The notes below the pieces were generated by a model that was not told the DNA's origin, did no database searches, and was given only the letters and a program-made list of their open reading frames with translations. From contig NC_043001.1 in the NCBI RefSeq assembly GCF_006345805.1, positions 60,450,001 to 60,514,000 on the forward strand: DNA of 64,000 nucleotides, read 5' to 3'. Position 1 is the stretch's first letter. Each line of letters begins with the position of its first letter. This stretch comes from Octopus sinensis. Taxonomy: Eukaryota. A program made the position numbers and the translations under genes. Positions 40,796-52,668 of the stretch are shown piece by piece.

Positions 40796-41075
40796 TATCT
40801 TATATGGATGTGATCTTCCATTGTTTTTCCCTTATACCTATGTGAGTTACTTTCTGAGTATGCATTGTCTGGAGACTTTTATTTGCAGTTGAAGAAATAG
40901 CCAAATTTTTGGCTGCTATTTCTGAAAAGTTCGGTGTGTGGTAAAGTGAATTTTTTTACTTTGCCATATTTTTATAAATTAATACTTCAAATATACCGTA
41001 AATGGTCTTTTTACATACCGAATACTGCTTGGTCAAATTGATTAACAATTAATTAATTCTACCCCTTTTTTACTG

Positions 41076-41120
<45 letters not shown>

Positions 41121-41186
41121 TATATTATATATATATATACATTTATACATATATATGTATATATATATGTATATCTATATATATAT

Positions 41187-41245
<59 letters not shown>

Positions 41246-41248
<3 letters not shown>

Positions 41249-41807
41249 TTCGGAATGGTCATATTGCCAGTTTAACCAATAAGACACACGCACTATATAT
41301 TTGGTGTTATTTTGCTTCAGCGTTATTTATTTCTTACATTAATCTTATTTGGTAGAACCTATCCTTTTAGTAGAACCCCCTGTACGGATAAGTACTGTAC
41401 TGTATGTAGATTTAGCCCACAAACAAACTGTAAAGCCAGAAATGTAGTCTATAATATAAGATGTATAGAGGGACGATGCAGTAACAAGACAACGACATAC
41501 GTAGGGGAAACGGCAAGAAGCATAGGAGAGTGGGTAAATGGCCATTGGAGACAACTCAAGGAAGGTAAAAGCTCATCGATTCTGTACCAACACGCCGAAC
41601 AGGAACACGGGGGATCAATCAATAACATAGAAATTAACATATTGTCCACACATAGAACAAATTACAGAAGCTACACAGATAATAGAAAATAAACCTAGCC
41701 TGAATAGAAAACTAGAATGGAGCACTAGCACACACCACAAAATATGACGGTAGAGGATCCTTAAAACATAATAAATACACAGATAAATAAACAAATAGAA
41801 ATAAATA

Positions 41808-41843
<36 letters not shown>

Positions 41844-42347
41844 TTTTTGATTCAATTTATTATTATTATTACTAGTATTGTTGTTATACATACATACATA
41901 CATACATACATACATACATACATACAAGCATATGTAATGATAATAATAAGTGGATGTAAACACATGAACAAAATAAGAATAAACAAAAAACAACAAAAAC
42001 AAAATACAAATTACATGAACGTATATAAACAGAAGATACAAATATTACAGGCATCCCCCCACATACACACACTAAATAAACATAGATGCACATAGAGATA
42101 TAAGCATGCGCAAATGAAGACATACAATAGAAATACGAAATCGCTGACAGTTAGTAAGGAGAGACACAAATAAGAAAGAAGAAAACAAAGGACCACTGAT
42201 GCGCTCACAGGAGTGTGACGAAAGAACTCTGGCCGAAATAAGATTAAGATTAATGTAAAAAATAAATAACACTCAAGCAAAATAACACCAAATATATAGT
42301 GCGTGTGTTTTTATTGGCTAAACTGGCAATATGACCATTCCCAAATA
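41246..42347 (+). mobile_element. 5'-truncated Penelope-like element with inverted 5' pseudo-LTR and GIY-YIG domain
   Basis: ORF 41312..41692: C..C..C..NCKARNVVYNIRC..YVGETARSIGE..GH..ILYQH, continuing in another frame as IIENKPSLNRKLEW. 41246-41350 is an inverted copy of 42236-42347. Confidence 0.9.
42191..42234 (+). ncRNA. Degenerate minimal hammerhead in Penelope 3' pseudo-LTR
   Basis: GACCA-CUGAUGC-G(c)UCAC(aggagu)GUGAC-GAAA-G-AA-C-UC-UGGCC. A9->C change; otherwise stems I-III and a CUC triplet are present. Confidence 0.55.
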
Positions 42348-42392
42348 TAACAATATCTGTTTCAACACACGACTTCACATAAAAAATCTTGC

Positions 42393-42445
<53 letters not shown>

Positions 42446-42704
42446 GTATGTATGTATGTATATATGTATACACATTTCTATGTCCCCGCGCATGATACAG
42501 CCTTAAGCTGGATAAGATTGATATGAGGAGAAAATAAAGAACATATGATATTTTTAAAAAAGCCATTGATATACAAAATATACATAAAATATATGATGTG
42601 AAATATATAAAAATGTATATAATGAGCAAGCTATAAAATATACAATACATAAAAATTAGTGAGAAAAAGGCAGATATACAGTAAATATATAATTACACAT
42701 TTAT

Positions 42705-43245
42705 TGGATGGCCGTTGACTCTCAAGGGTTCCTCCGCCCTTTGACAGGGTATCTTTATCATCCCGCAGGACGTCCAAGCAAGCTTGGTGGGACTACCGGT
42801 TTAGTCGCCGGCGGCCCGACCATGCGACAGGTTGTACCGGGTTACATGTTACCAGTAGCACTCGAAGTCACCTGATCGTAGCAGGTGGAGAAGGATTGTG
42901 CATGAGGGGACAGCTACTTTTGAGAAATTTCGAGTTGCGCATGAGAAAGTAAGGAAGGATGTCACGAAGAGACAGATGAGTGACAACCTAGACACTGGTG
43001 GTGGTGTTACACACCATACTAATCATATCTGTCACGCATGTGGAAGAGAGTGTAATTCGGCAGAGTGTAATGAAGCCCAATTGCAACTACAGCCGGCTAT
43101 TGCCGGTAAGGATTTTACATGCCAATTCTCTTCAAGACATTGCATATCTTTAGATGGGCTAAAAAGTCACATTCCATCACAGACCCAATAACAGTTAAAC
43201 TTCGTGCAATGTCCATACTCGATAACTAAGGGACAGTCATCATGT
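42705..43245 (+). mobile_element. RTE-clade LINE 3' end (C-terminal zinc fingers) preceded by a GC-rich non-coding block
   Basis: DRSRWRRIVHEGTATFE..HICHACGREC..FTCQFSSRHCISLDGLKSH is the typical RTE C-terminus. 42705-42873 is a distinct GC-rich segment. Confidence 0.7.
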
Positions 43246-43462
43246 ATAAACATACACAGACACACACACGCATATATAAGCACACACACATACATACATA
43301 CATATATACACAAAATACCCTTACATAAATATACAAATATATGTATTTATTTGTGTAATGTGTGTGCATGCATTATGTGTTTGCGTGTGTGTGTGTGTTT
43401 GTGTCTATGTACCAGCACATAGCCTATGTACTAATATGTTGATGGAAATATGTTGGTAATAT

Positions 43463-43967
43463 AGAAAAAGGAACAGTAAGCATAATTAAATCTCAGAATG
43501 AGATTGAAACAGTAATCGCTCGATAATGTAAAGTATAGAAGCCATCTTATCGTGGCTAACCACATTCAGGAATTTGCAAAGGAGCCTTCACTTTCATCGC
43601 TACCTGGTGGTTGCCGCCCGTTGACGAGGGACAAACATCCCGAAACTAGTTCGAGCGTATCACTCAGGCTTGCGAGGAAGGGATGGCCTCCCTTTGCAAA
43701 TACTCCAAAGACACAGATATTGTGTTTAGAGCCAGCTAGAGACGAAGATCTCTTTGGGCTATAAAGCTACAGTAACAACTCCCTCCCCAATGTGGTTAGC
43801 CATGATAAGATGGCTTCTATACTTTACATTATCGAGCGATTACTGTTTCAATCTCATTCTGAGATTTAATTATCCTTACTGTTCGTTTTTCGACATCAGT
43901 GGCAGACGCCATTAGAAAACCTTATATCTATTTGCAAAGGAGCCTTCACTTTCATCGCTACCTGGTG
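43463..43967 (+). repeat. Hammerhead-bearing pseudo-LTR array: inverted partial copy + full ~358 bp unit + start of second unit
   Basis: 43463-43566 is the reverse complement of ~43788-43891; the unit start TTTGCAAAGGAGCCTTCAC occurs at 43573 and again at 43931. Confidence 0.9.
43616..43656 (+). ncRNA. Minimal type I hammerhead motif (C3U variant)
   Basis: GCCCG-UUGACGA-GGGA(caaaca)UCCC-GAAA-CUAG-UU-CGAGC. Stem II 4 bp, palindromic ACUAGU stem III, GUU triplet, stem I 4 of 5 pairs. Confidence 0.6.
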
Positions 43968-44220
43968 TTTTTTTAATTTTTCCTCGGCGTATACCAATAT
44001 TTTTCTGTTGCTGCAAATCGTTGTGTGAGTTCGTTTCCGTTTGTCTACTCTGTCGTGTTACAAGTAATATCATTGTTGAACTGTTTTTGACCCAGTAATT
44101 TTCGCCCTTCGGGGTAGAAAATTTCTGTGTATTGTTTTGTGTGAACTCTTAACCTGTATAGGTTATTTTTGAAAAAAAAAAAATTCTCTTGTCATTTGTA
44201 ACAAGTTTGTGTTGTCTAAT

Positions 44221-45714
44221 ATGGAATTAGACTTAAGTTCAAAAAAAGACTTTCCCAAGATGGGAGAAAGTATAACAACTGTTAAACAAAAGGAAACACA
44301 GGCAAAACCCAGTTTTTCAGACGCCGTAGGTGGCGAAGTCGAAGAAATGGAGGTGTCAATGGAAAGACTATTCAAGTTCAGATCGCTGGTGCAAAAAAGT
44401 GGTGAAGAAACACGATTGGTACCGCCCCCCGAAACTATACAAGCAATAAAGGAAAAAATGGTCACCTACAGGGTGTACAATATCAAGGAAAAACGAATGA
44501 CCGACGTGAAAAACGAAATGGTCGAAAAGTGTATGGCTCCAATATGGAGTAAAGTTAGTCATGTCAACCGAGGTGCAAGAAGCGCTACAGTGGAGGCGCA
44601 TTTTGAGACGGCGGAAGTAGCAAGGCAAATTTCGACACAAACGTTGAAAAACGAGAGTATAATACTGCTACCCTTATATTTAGGATGCAGAACCGCAAAA
44701 GTGACCCTAGAAGATATACCAACGGGCTACGACGTGATGTCGGCGGCAACAGCGGTCATTTTTGATGTTGAATCAAAATTGACAATTTTGAGTATGAAGA
44801 GGAAAATTGCAAAACACTGGAGAGGCCAGCAGCTGGAGATGATAATCCAGGCGGAAAATGCGACGTTGGAAAGCCTACCAGACAGAGTCTTCGTAGGGGA
44901 GGGGCACTCCATACGAGTTTCGGTGGAAGGACGCAGGCCCAGATGTTTTAAGTGCGGGCAAAAGGGCCACGTTCGCTCCGTTTGCACAAAAAAAAATAAT
45001 GCGGGCAACGCCCCCCCCCACAAAACGCTGTGAAGAACGCAGAAAGCAGCAAAGTGGAGAAAAAAGTAACGGCTGGCGAAAACAAGGAGGAAAAAATAAA
45101 CAGGTCGAACTCCAAAAAGGAGGAAGACAAGAACGAAATGCAAAATGAGAAAGGAAAGGAGGAGGAAAATAATACAACAAAAACAAATAAACAAGAAGAC
45201 ATGGAATTTACGAACGTGTCCAACAAAAGGAAAAAATCCATCACCCCTGACTCCCCACCCGTATCAAAAAAAAAAAAACAACGCAGACGAACAAATTAAA
45301 AATATTCTCCAATCCCACCCCGGCGGTACTACACTTATAGGCCAGCACTTTAACAAACCCCACCCCTCAACTGTAAAAGGGTTTAAACCCAACGAAAAAA
45401 TTATTGCATACACCACAAAGAACGTGAGAGTAGAAACATGGGTGAAAGCAAGTACGCTGATCAGGTGCTACAAAGCGACCGAGAAGGAAGCGGAGTGGCG
45501 ATATGGAAGGGTCGGCGAAGAAGGATGGAAAGACAAAACCTTACAAAGCCACGTAAAAGCCGGCTTCATTAAGGATGTCACCCAGGAGGTGACAACTGGG
45601 AAATTAGCCCGGCACGTTAGCCCGGCAGCCACACCAACCCAGCAGCAACGGCGAGTGGGGGGGGGGAGACAGGCAGAAAGAATCTGTCAGGCTCCCTCTC
45701 GCAACCGTGAGTAA
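44221..45714 (+). pseudogene. LINE ORF1 (gag-like, CX2CX4HX4C zinc knuckle), frameshifted
   Basis: EGRRPRCFKCGQKGHVRSVC; frame changes fall at or near A/C homopolymer runs (~44990-45020 and ~45266-45280). Confidence 0.85.
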
Positions 45715-45731
45715 ATAATTTTTTTTTCTCG

Positions 45732-48080
45732 ATGATTAAGTTAGGTTGTATAAATGTGCGTGGAATGGGATCGAAATGGAAACAGGCTTGTTTTCGTGAC
45801 GACCTCATTTCACATAGAATCGATGTAGCTATTGTTACCGAGTCCAAGATGAAAGGACCCCAAGCATTCTCACCACTTCTCAATGGTTACGAGAAATTTA
45901 TTTCTCCTAGCCGAGGGGGAGGTGCAGGCGTGGCAGTTCTTTTCAGGAAGAACTTGGACTTACAGGTCAGTACTGTCTTTTTGGACCCAGAAGGTAGGCT
46001 GGTTGTCCTAGATGTGACGCACGTGAGTAAGCAGTCCTTCAGGTTGGTGGCTGTCTACGCTCCTAACGGACGTGGGCAGACCGGTTTTTTTCGGGAACTG
46101 GAGCACTTTCTAGTGACGTCCAAAACGGTAGTCTTGGTAGGGGATTTCAACACCATTCTCGATGCGCGGGTGGATGGTGTAGGCTCGAGCGATACGAAGG
46201 AGAATCCTGGCCTCAAGGCTCTACTAGCGAGCTTTAATCTAGTAGACCGTTTTCGACTGGATGAGCCGAACGTTCCACAGTGGACGTGGAGTAATAACGA
46301 CGGCTCACGCAGATCGTACATAGATAGAGTATTTGTTAAGGAACGAGATAGGAATAGTGTTAGCTGTCCACAATTCTCTGTTGTGCCTTTCACGGATCAC
46401 AAACTTGTAACGTGTGAGGTACATGTAGATAAATGCCATAGACAAGGTCCCGGGTACTGGAAGATGAACAAGTCTATTTTGACTTGTGAAGATTTCCGTA
46501 CCCGGATTAAGGAATTAGTACAGAGGGCATTATGTGGCACCATCATTAATAATAGATGGTGGCTCGCCCTCAAAAGAGCCATCCGTTTGGAGTCCATTAG
46601 ATTTAGCAAGCAGCTAAGTTTAGATAGGACTAGAATAGAGGGCGAATTAGTTAAGAACTTAGACGAGGCTATGGAATCTGGCTGTGCATCAGGAGTGTTG
46701 GCAGCGAGAGCGGTATTGTACCGTCACCTCAACGCCAAGCACGAGGGTGTAGAGTCAGAGCTAAGTTACGTGCAGGAAAACGAGAAGGTATTAACGTTGC
46801 CGGATGGGCCCATCGTGAGGAGAGTCAGAAGGGCAAAAAGTCCTGTATTATGTCCTTAACTGACGAGCAGGACCGCAAGATCTATGGACAGGAGGAGATG
46901 CAGAAGGTCCTTCACCAGCATTTCGCACGGCTGTTTGGGGGCGGTGGTCCGCTCGAGCGTGGGGAGACCTTAAAGGACTTCCTAGCTGGTGGGCCTCGGC
47001 TCTCGGCAGGTGAGGCGGAGTCCTGTGAAGGATCGATCTCTCCCGCAGAGGTAAGAGGGGTTATGGCCGAGTGCGCCGGGGAAAAGTCGCCGGGATTGGA
47101 TGGTCTACCCTATGAATTTTATTGTTGTATGCCGGACTTGTTCGGGGACATACTGGCAAGCGTCTATGCAAACTGGCAACAGAATGGGAGGATTCCCAGC
47201 TCTGTGAGTCGGGGAGTTGTGACGCTGGTCCAGAAAGACCCGAGCAAGGGGGACAGTATTAGTAATTACAGGCCCATAACTCTACTTAATGTAGAGTTTA
47301 AGATTTTGGCCAAGGTGTTAGCAAAAAGGTTGACGGCTGTCGTGGAGAAACTTGTCGGGAAGGCACAGACATTTGCAATCCCAGGCAGGTCGATCCAGGA
47401 TAATCTGCACCTTCTCCGCTACACTATAGATAGGGTCGGGAAATTAGACGGCAAAGGCGGGACATTGGTCCATTTAGACCAAAGTAAAGCGTTTGATAGG
47501 GTAGACCATCGGTACTTGGCGGCGGTTCTCGAAGCGGCTGGGCTGGGCCCTAGCTTCTGCGGGTGGATCTCAGCTATGTACAGCGGCATCAAGTCCACAG
47601 TCCAGATAAACGGTTACCTAACGGAGCCGTTTTCGATCAAGCGTTCAGTTCGTCAAGGGTGCCCCTTGTCCCCGCTCCTGTATGTTTTGGCTCTTGAGCC
47701 ATTGCTGCGGAAGCTGGAGAAGTTGGGAGGCAACCCTAATGAAATCGGATGCGGTAAGTCTGTTTCTGCCTATGCGGATGACGTCACCCTCATTGTGTCC
47801 AACGGAACACAGCTACTTCGGGTAGTAGGTGCTCTCCATAGATACGAAGCGGTGGCAGGGGCAAAAGTTAACAGGGACAAGTCCATCGGTTTGCGCCTCG
47901 GCAACTGGAGGAACAAGCCGATACCGTCCAGTGTTGTTGGACACTGGACGGATGGTCCTGTTAAATTGCTCGGAGTCTGGTTTGGTCCAGACTCCCAGAC
48001 GGAGAAGAATTGGAGCGAGGTAACGAGCAAGGTGGATGCCATAGTACGGAAGTGGTCCGGAAGGCATCTTTCCTTGAAAG
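45732..48080 (+). pseudogene. LINE ORF2 (apurinic endonuclease + reverse transcriptase), one frameshift, C-terminally truncated
   Basis: APE motifs INVRG, VTESK, VYAPN, VGDFN, SYIDRVF, FTDH. RT motifs KSPGLDG, NYRPITLLN, DQSKAFDRV, VRQGCPLSPLLY, AYADD. A 1-bp deletion near 46748 joins the two ORFs. Confidence 0.92.
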
Positions 48081-48373
48081 GGAGCCTTCACTTTCATCGC
48101 TACCTGGTGGTTGCCGCCCGTTGACGAGGGACAAACATCCCGAAACTAGTTCGAGCGTATCACTCAGGCTTGCGAGGAAGGGATGGCCTCCCTTTGCAAA
48201 TACTCCAAAGACACAGATATTGTGTTTAGACCCAGCTAGAGACGCAGATCTCTTGGGGCTATAAAGCTACAGTAACAACCCCCTCCCCAATGTGGTTAGC
48301 CATGATAAGATGGCTTCTATACTCTACATTATCGAGCGATTACTGTTTCAATCTCATTCTGAGATTTAATTAT
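48081..48373 (+). repeat. Second copy of the hammerhead pseudo-LTR (direct repeat of 43581-43873)
   Basis: Colinear at an offset of exactly 4500 bp; about 5 substitutions in 293 bp by eye. Confidence 0.95.
48116..48156 (+). ncRNA. Minimal type I hammerhead motif (identical to 43616-43656)
   Basis: Same sequence as 43616-43656. Confidence 0.6.
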
Positions 48374-51339
48374 GTATAAATAAAGTTTTATTTTTACCCA
48401 GAAAGTTTTTTCACTTGGATGACTTCATTTCTCAGAATTTTTAAAATCATTACTATCTGTGCTTTTTTTACTTCCTCCTTTACTTCCTCTCTGTCACACC
48501 CTCTCACTCTCTCTCTTTCTCTCTCTTTCTGTCCCCCTATCTATCTATCCATCTATCTATCTTTGTTTATTTTTATTTATCTGTTTATCTAGTCTTCTGT
48601 TACAGCCATGCCCAATTGACTCTCTCCTATTCTTCCTTTATCTCTCTTTATGTTCTATCCTTGTAAATAATTATTTCTTTACTTATATTTTCTCTGCTCA
48701 AATGTCCTACCTACAACATTTTGCCCTCTATTTAAACATGCTTTTGTATAATATTCCTTCTTGTATCATTCAGGCTGCTTTTCAAATGTGCAATGCATTC
48801 TTACCCTAATGTAAGCAACCACATTATTATAGATTCTATTTATTCAGCAGCAGCTTCTGTATTCGCAATATAATATTTTTTTCTGAAACAATCAACTTTT
48901 CATATTGGAATAATCTTTAAAATCCCTGTTCCACTGAACGATGATTATAGTTGACGAAACACCGATTTAAGTAATCGACCAGTTCACTAAAATTTTGATA
49001 GCACATTCACATAACGCGCAAGTTGCATCTTTCTTGTTTTTGAGAATTGCAACTTCGCAATATCCTTGTCTTAGATCTTGGCTATCCATGTAAATGTGTA
49101 GATACACGCATTCTATTGCGACACGTTCTTGCTGCTCCTTTCTTCGTGCCTACCAATTTGAAAACATTAATGGGGATAATTTTCCCAATCATGCATAGAT
49201 TTTAGTTCAACATTGGTTTCAGATTTCCATCGCACTCGCAAGGAAATTGCACGTTCGAGCAATGTCAATTACATCCAATTATTTTGGCTAATGAAACTCT
49301 TCCAATATTTCCAAAAGTGTTTACTTTGTGTACCTGTTCAAGGAACGCATTTGCAAATAGTTGATTTGTGTTTATCCCTTAACACAACATTCATTCACAC
49401 GCACTCGCAAGATAATATGGTCATATATACGTACACGCAGATTAAACATAATAGAAATAACGCATCCATTTATGACTCACCATGTGACTGCCGAATACGT
49501 AATACTTAAGAGAGCATGTCTGAGCTAGTACTTTATTGAATTTTATAAAAGAGTTTGAAAACGTATATTGTATAGATATTTGAAATGCGCACGAGTAGGC
49601 TGGGAAGGTATTTCAAAATCAAGACAAAACATAAAAATCCACGGGAAATGAAATAATATCTCACTTATAAATTTTCTTTCGGAAGGATGCAAAAGCATAA
49701 GAGAAAAGGAGAGTGGCAGAATGCGATACAAGGACGAAGATGGAGCTCAGAATTTCATAAGCAAATGTTGATACGTATGTACACTTGAAAGTTAGCTGCG
49801 CATTAGAAAATCAAACGGTATCTTAGAGAAACAGAGCGACAAATTCATGTTATCACATTGAAAACGCTAGAGTGGGATCTGAAGGACGTTTGGCAGCAAC
49901 ATTTGCAGATCAAGCGATTGTTGATGCATGTCTTCCGCAAAGCTGCTGCTATTATGTGATAGTATAATTTATCATCAGCTGACGTGCTCTATAGAAGACT
50001 TGTGATGCGTATTATGAAATACGCTTTGTAATAAGACGGTAAATTGTGATTTTTACTTGATGTGTCTACTTTTTCTAGAATATTGTTTTGCATGTTAGAA
50101 GTCTTTGTGGTTGAAGGCGTAAAACATTAGGTTGCGATGAGTGATACTGAACTGAAATATTCAGAAGATCAGTCGACCACAAAAATGCTAGTATTTCATC
50201 ACCTCACACATCTTTTTCTAAAGAGACTATGCTAACATGAGGAGGGAGCTTCAATAAGTCAGATGTAATTTGAGAGAGATTTGGTTGATACTTATAGCTT
50301 GCTAGGAGCTAATATCTTTGTGTTCATTATTTTTGTGTTGTTTAGTTTATCCCAGAGTAAGATATTGGTGTAAAACTATGACCTAAATTATTCAAATTCT
50401 GAACATTTTGAGTTTTACTTATGCGCATGAATACGAAGGTCATATATGCTATATGTATAATTTTGTGGGATGGTGTTACTAACTTGGAGACATTCCCACA
50501 TTAGTCATCATAGATAAAACCAATTGAACGCAGACTTGAGTACAATGAACACATGCTCTTTTGCACATACATATACACATGATACACATGCTCTTTTGCA
50601 AATAAACTATTAACCATGTGCTTTACAAGCACCAACACACCTTGGGTCTCAAAGAAGTGCTCCTATACTTAAATTCAAACACGCATTAAGATTCGATGAA
50701 TGATTAAACCGCTTCAGTTGGCTTCTGGGTTTACTCTCGTTAAATCAGTGTCTTCACATTTCTTTTTAATGTTGTATATGGAATAATAATAGTAGTAACA
50801 AAATCATTAATTTCATATAATATATTTTTAATATTAGAATCGTTTTATATGTTTCATTTTTAAAAGTCAATTCATGTTTCTTTAACGCTTAAAATGCAGA
50901 CTGGATTCTTGTTTCCAGAAATGTCTTTTATCTTTGAGTTTATTCCCGAAATAACAAAAGATATTTACATGAATGACTACTGCTCGTCTACTTACAACTA
51001 TTACACAAAATTCATTGTTTGGTGTTGCCATACCAAAAAACATTTAATTTACCATTTTAGCATTGCAGGATCTATAAAGATTAAAATATAGACGCCACAT
51101 TAAATCGAAGTTCTGTATTACAGAAACAAACTGATATATGAAAAGAAAACCATAAACCGAATGTTCCTTGATTCAGGTAAGTCATGAAATATTTTATAGA
51201 TACAGGAAACAAGTTTGTAGTATATAAAAAATATATATCTTTTAGTAGCAGAGAGTCTTAAGTACATAAGAATTAACCGAGGGGAACGAATATGTGTGTA
51301 TGAATAGCGACATACACACAAACACATGCACGCACGCAC

Positions 51340-51452
<113 letters not shown>

Positions 51453-51456
51453 TGTG

Positions 51457-51490
<34 letters not shown>

Positions 51491-51829
51491 GATAGAGATT
51501 AGAGATAGAAAATGGAATTCATGAGATTGTTTTATTCAAAACCACTACAATTTTTCGACTCAGTGTCATACCTATAGTTCATAGATAAGATGTGCTGTTA
51601 ACTATCTTGCATCACAGATGTACAATGTGCCTCTCAGGCGATATTTTAAACAAGTTCCTCGTCACGTCATCTCGATATTTCACTTTGTTTTCAGATTGGT
51701 AGGCACGAAGAAAGGAACAGGAAGAACTTGTCGCAATAGAATGCGTGTAGCTACACATTTACATGAATAGCCAAGATCTAAGACAAGGATGCTGCGGAGT
51801 TGCAATTCTCAAACAAAAGAAATATGCAA

Positions 51830-52470
51830 CATGCGCGTCACGTGAATGTGCTATCAAATGTTACCAGGTTAACATTCTTGAAAACGGTTCTGACCTTGAA
51901 TGGAGACTCTGCGGCAGATCTAACGAAATAATAGACCATCTCATTTCGGGATGTCCTGTACAGACACTAAACGAATACAAAAATCAATATAATATGGTAG
52001 AGAAGTATTTACATTAGAAAATATGTAAACACTACAATATCAACACACCTGCTTAATGGTATGAACATCATCCTCACCCAATCGTTGAAGGTAAAAATGT
52101 CACTAACTTGTGGAGTTTTCCAGTCAACAACGACAGAACGATCCAAGCTAATCAATTAGACATAACAATTTAAGCCAGGGAAGAAAATACTTGCAGAGTA
52201 ATAGGTGTAAGTGTTCCAACTGATAAAAATATATCTGTAAAGGAATTTAAGTAAATGTAAGAACCTGGAAATGGAATACATAAGATATAGCATCTGAATG
52301 CGAGAACTGTTCCTGTTATAATAAGATGCACGAGATATGATTAAAAAACGGGATGTCAGAAACATCTACCTAACCTCCATGGATAATCATGTATCAGTGA
52401 AATTCAAAACACTGTGCTGACATTTACTACCGACATCCTAAGAGAAACCCTATCAATTTAAATGTCTATG
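51830..52470 (+). mobile_element. R4/Dong-clade LINE 3' end (zinc knuckle + restriction-like endonuclease), degenerate
   Basis: RLCGRSNEIIDHLISGCP, YLH*KICKHY, WYEHHP, LWSFPVNNDRTIQANQLDI (cf. RPDI), IGVSVPTDKNISVKE. Confidence 0.8.
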
Positions 52471-52668
52471 TTTTATTACAAGAAAATATTTCCCTACTGC
52501 CCCTGCCACTTTCCCTCACCAAGCTTTCAGTCATACTTTAATATCTCTTAATCTTCAGTCGCCGTATGTTGCTGGGTGAGTATCAGAAAGTGATTGTAAC
52601 ACATATGCAGATTAAATATGCAGTAAATAAGAACAACAACGATAATAATAATTAATATTATTACTATA

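Larger units (their letters stand above)
40350..40987. repeat. 257 bp inverted repeat (124 bp spacer) carrying a hammerhead in each arm
   Basis: 40350-40606 is the near-exact reverse complement of 40731-40987, which explains the duplicated peptides in the ORF track (40445- and 40695+). Confidence 0.95.
43968..48080 (+). mobile_element. Tx1-like (L1 clade) non-LTR retrotransposon, 5'-intact, 3'-truncated
   Basis: 5' UTR, ORF1 with CCHC knuckle, ORF2 APE + RT; homology stops at WSGRHLSLKG where the sequence joins the hammerhead repeat. Confidence 0.92.

Noticed and set aside
40445-40892. Identical peptides on opposite strands (ISELMKEKWRL...), and likewise 58617/59161 and 43552/48010
   Set aside because: Explained by inverted or direct repeats of non-coding ribozyme units; no protein motifs.
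43939-48109. 29 bp direct repeat flanking the Tx1 LINE as a conventional target-site duplication
   Set aside because: The LINE lacks its ORF2 C-terminus, 3' UTR and tail, so ordinary TPRT cannot explain the right junction; treated as a chimera in the findings.
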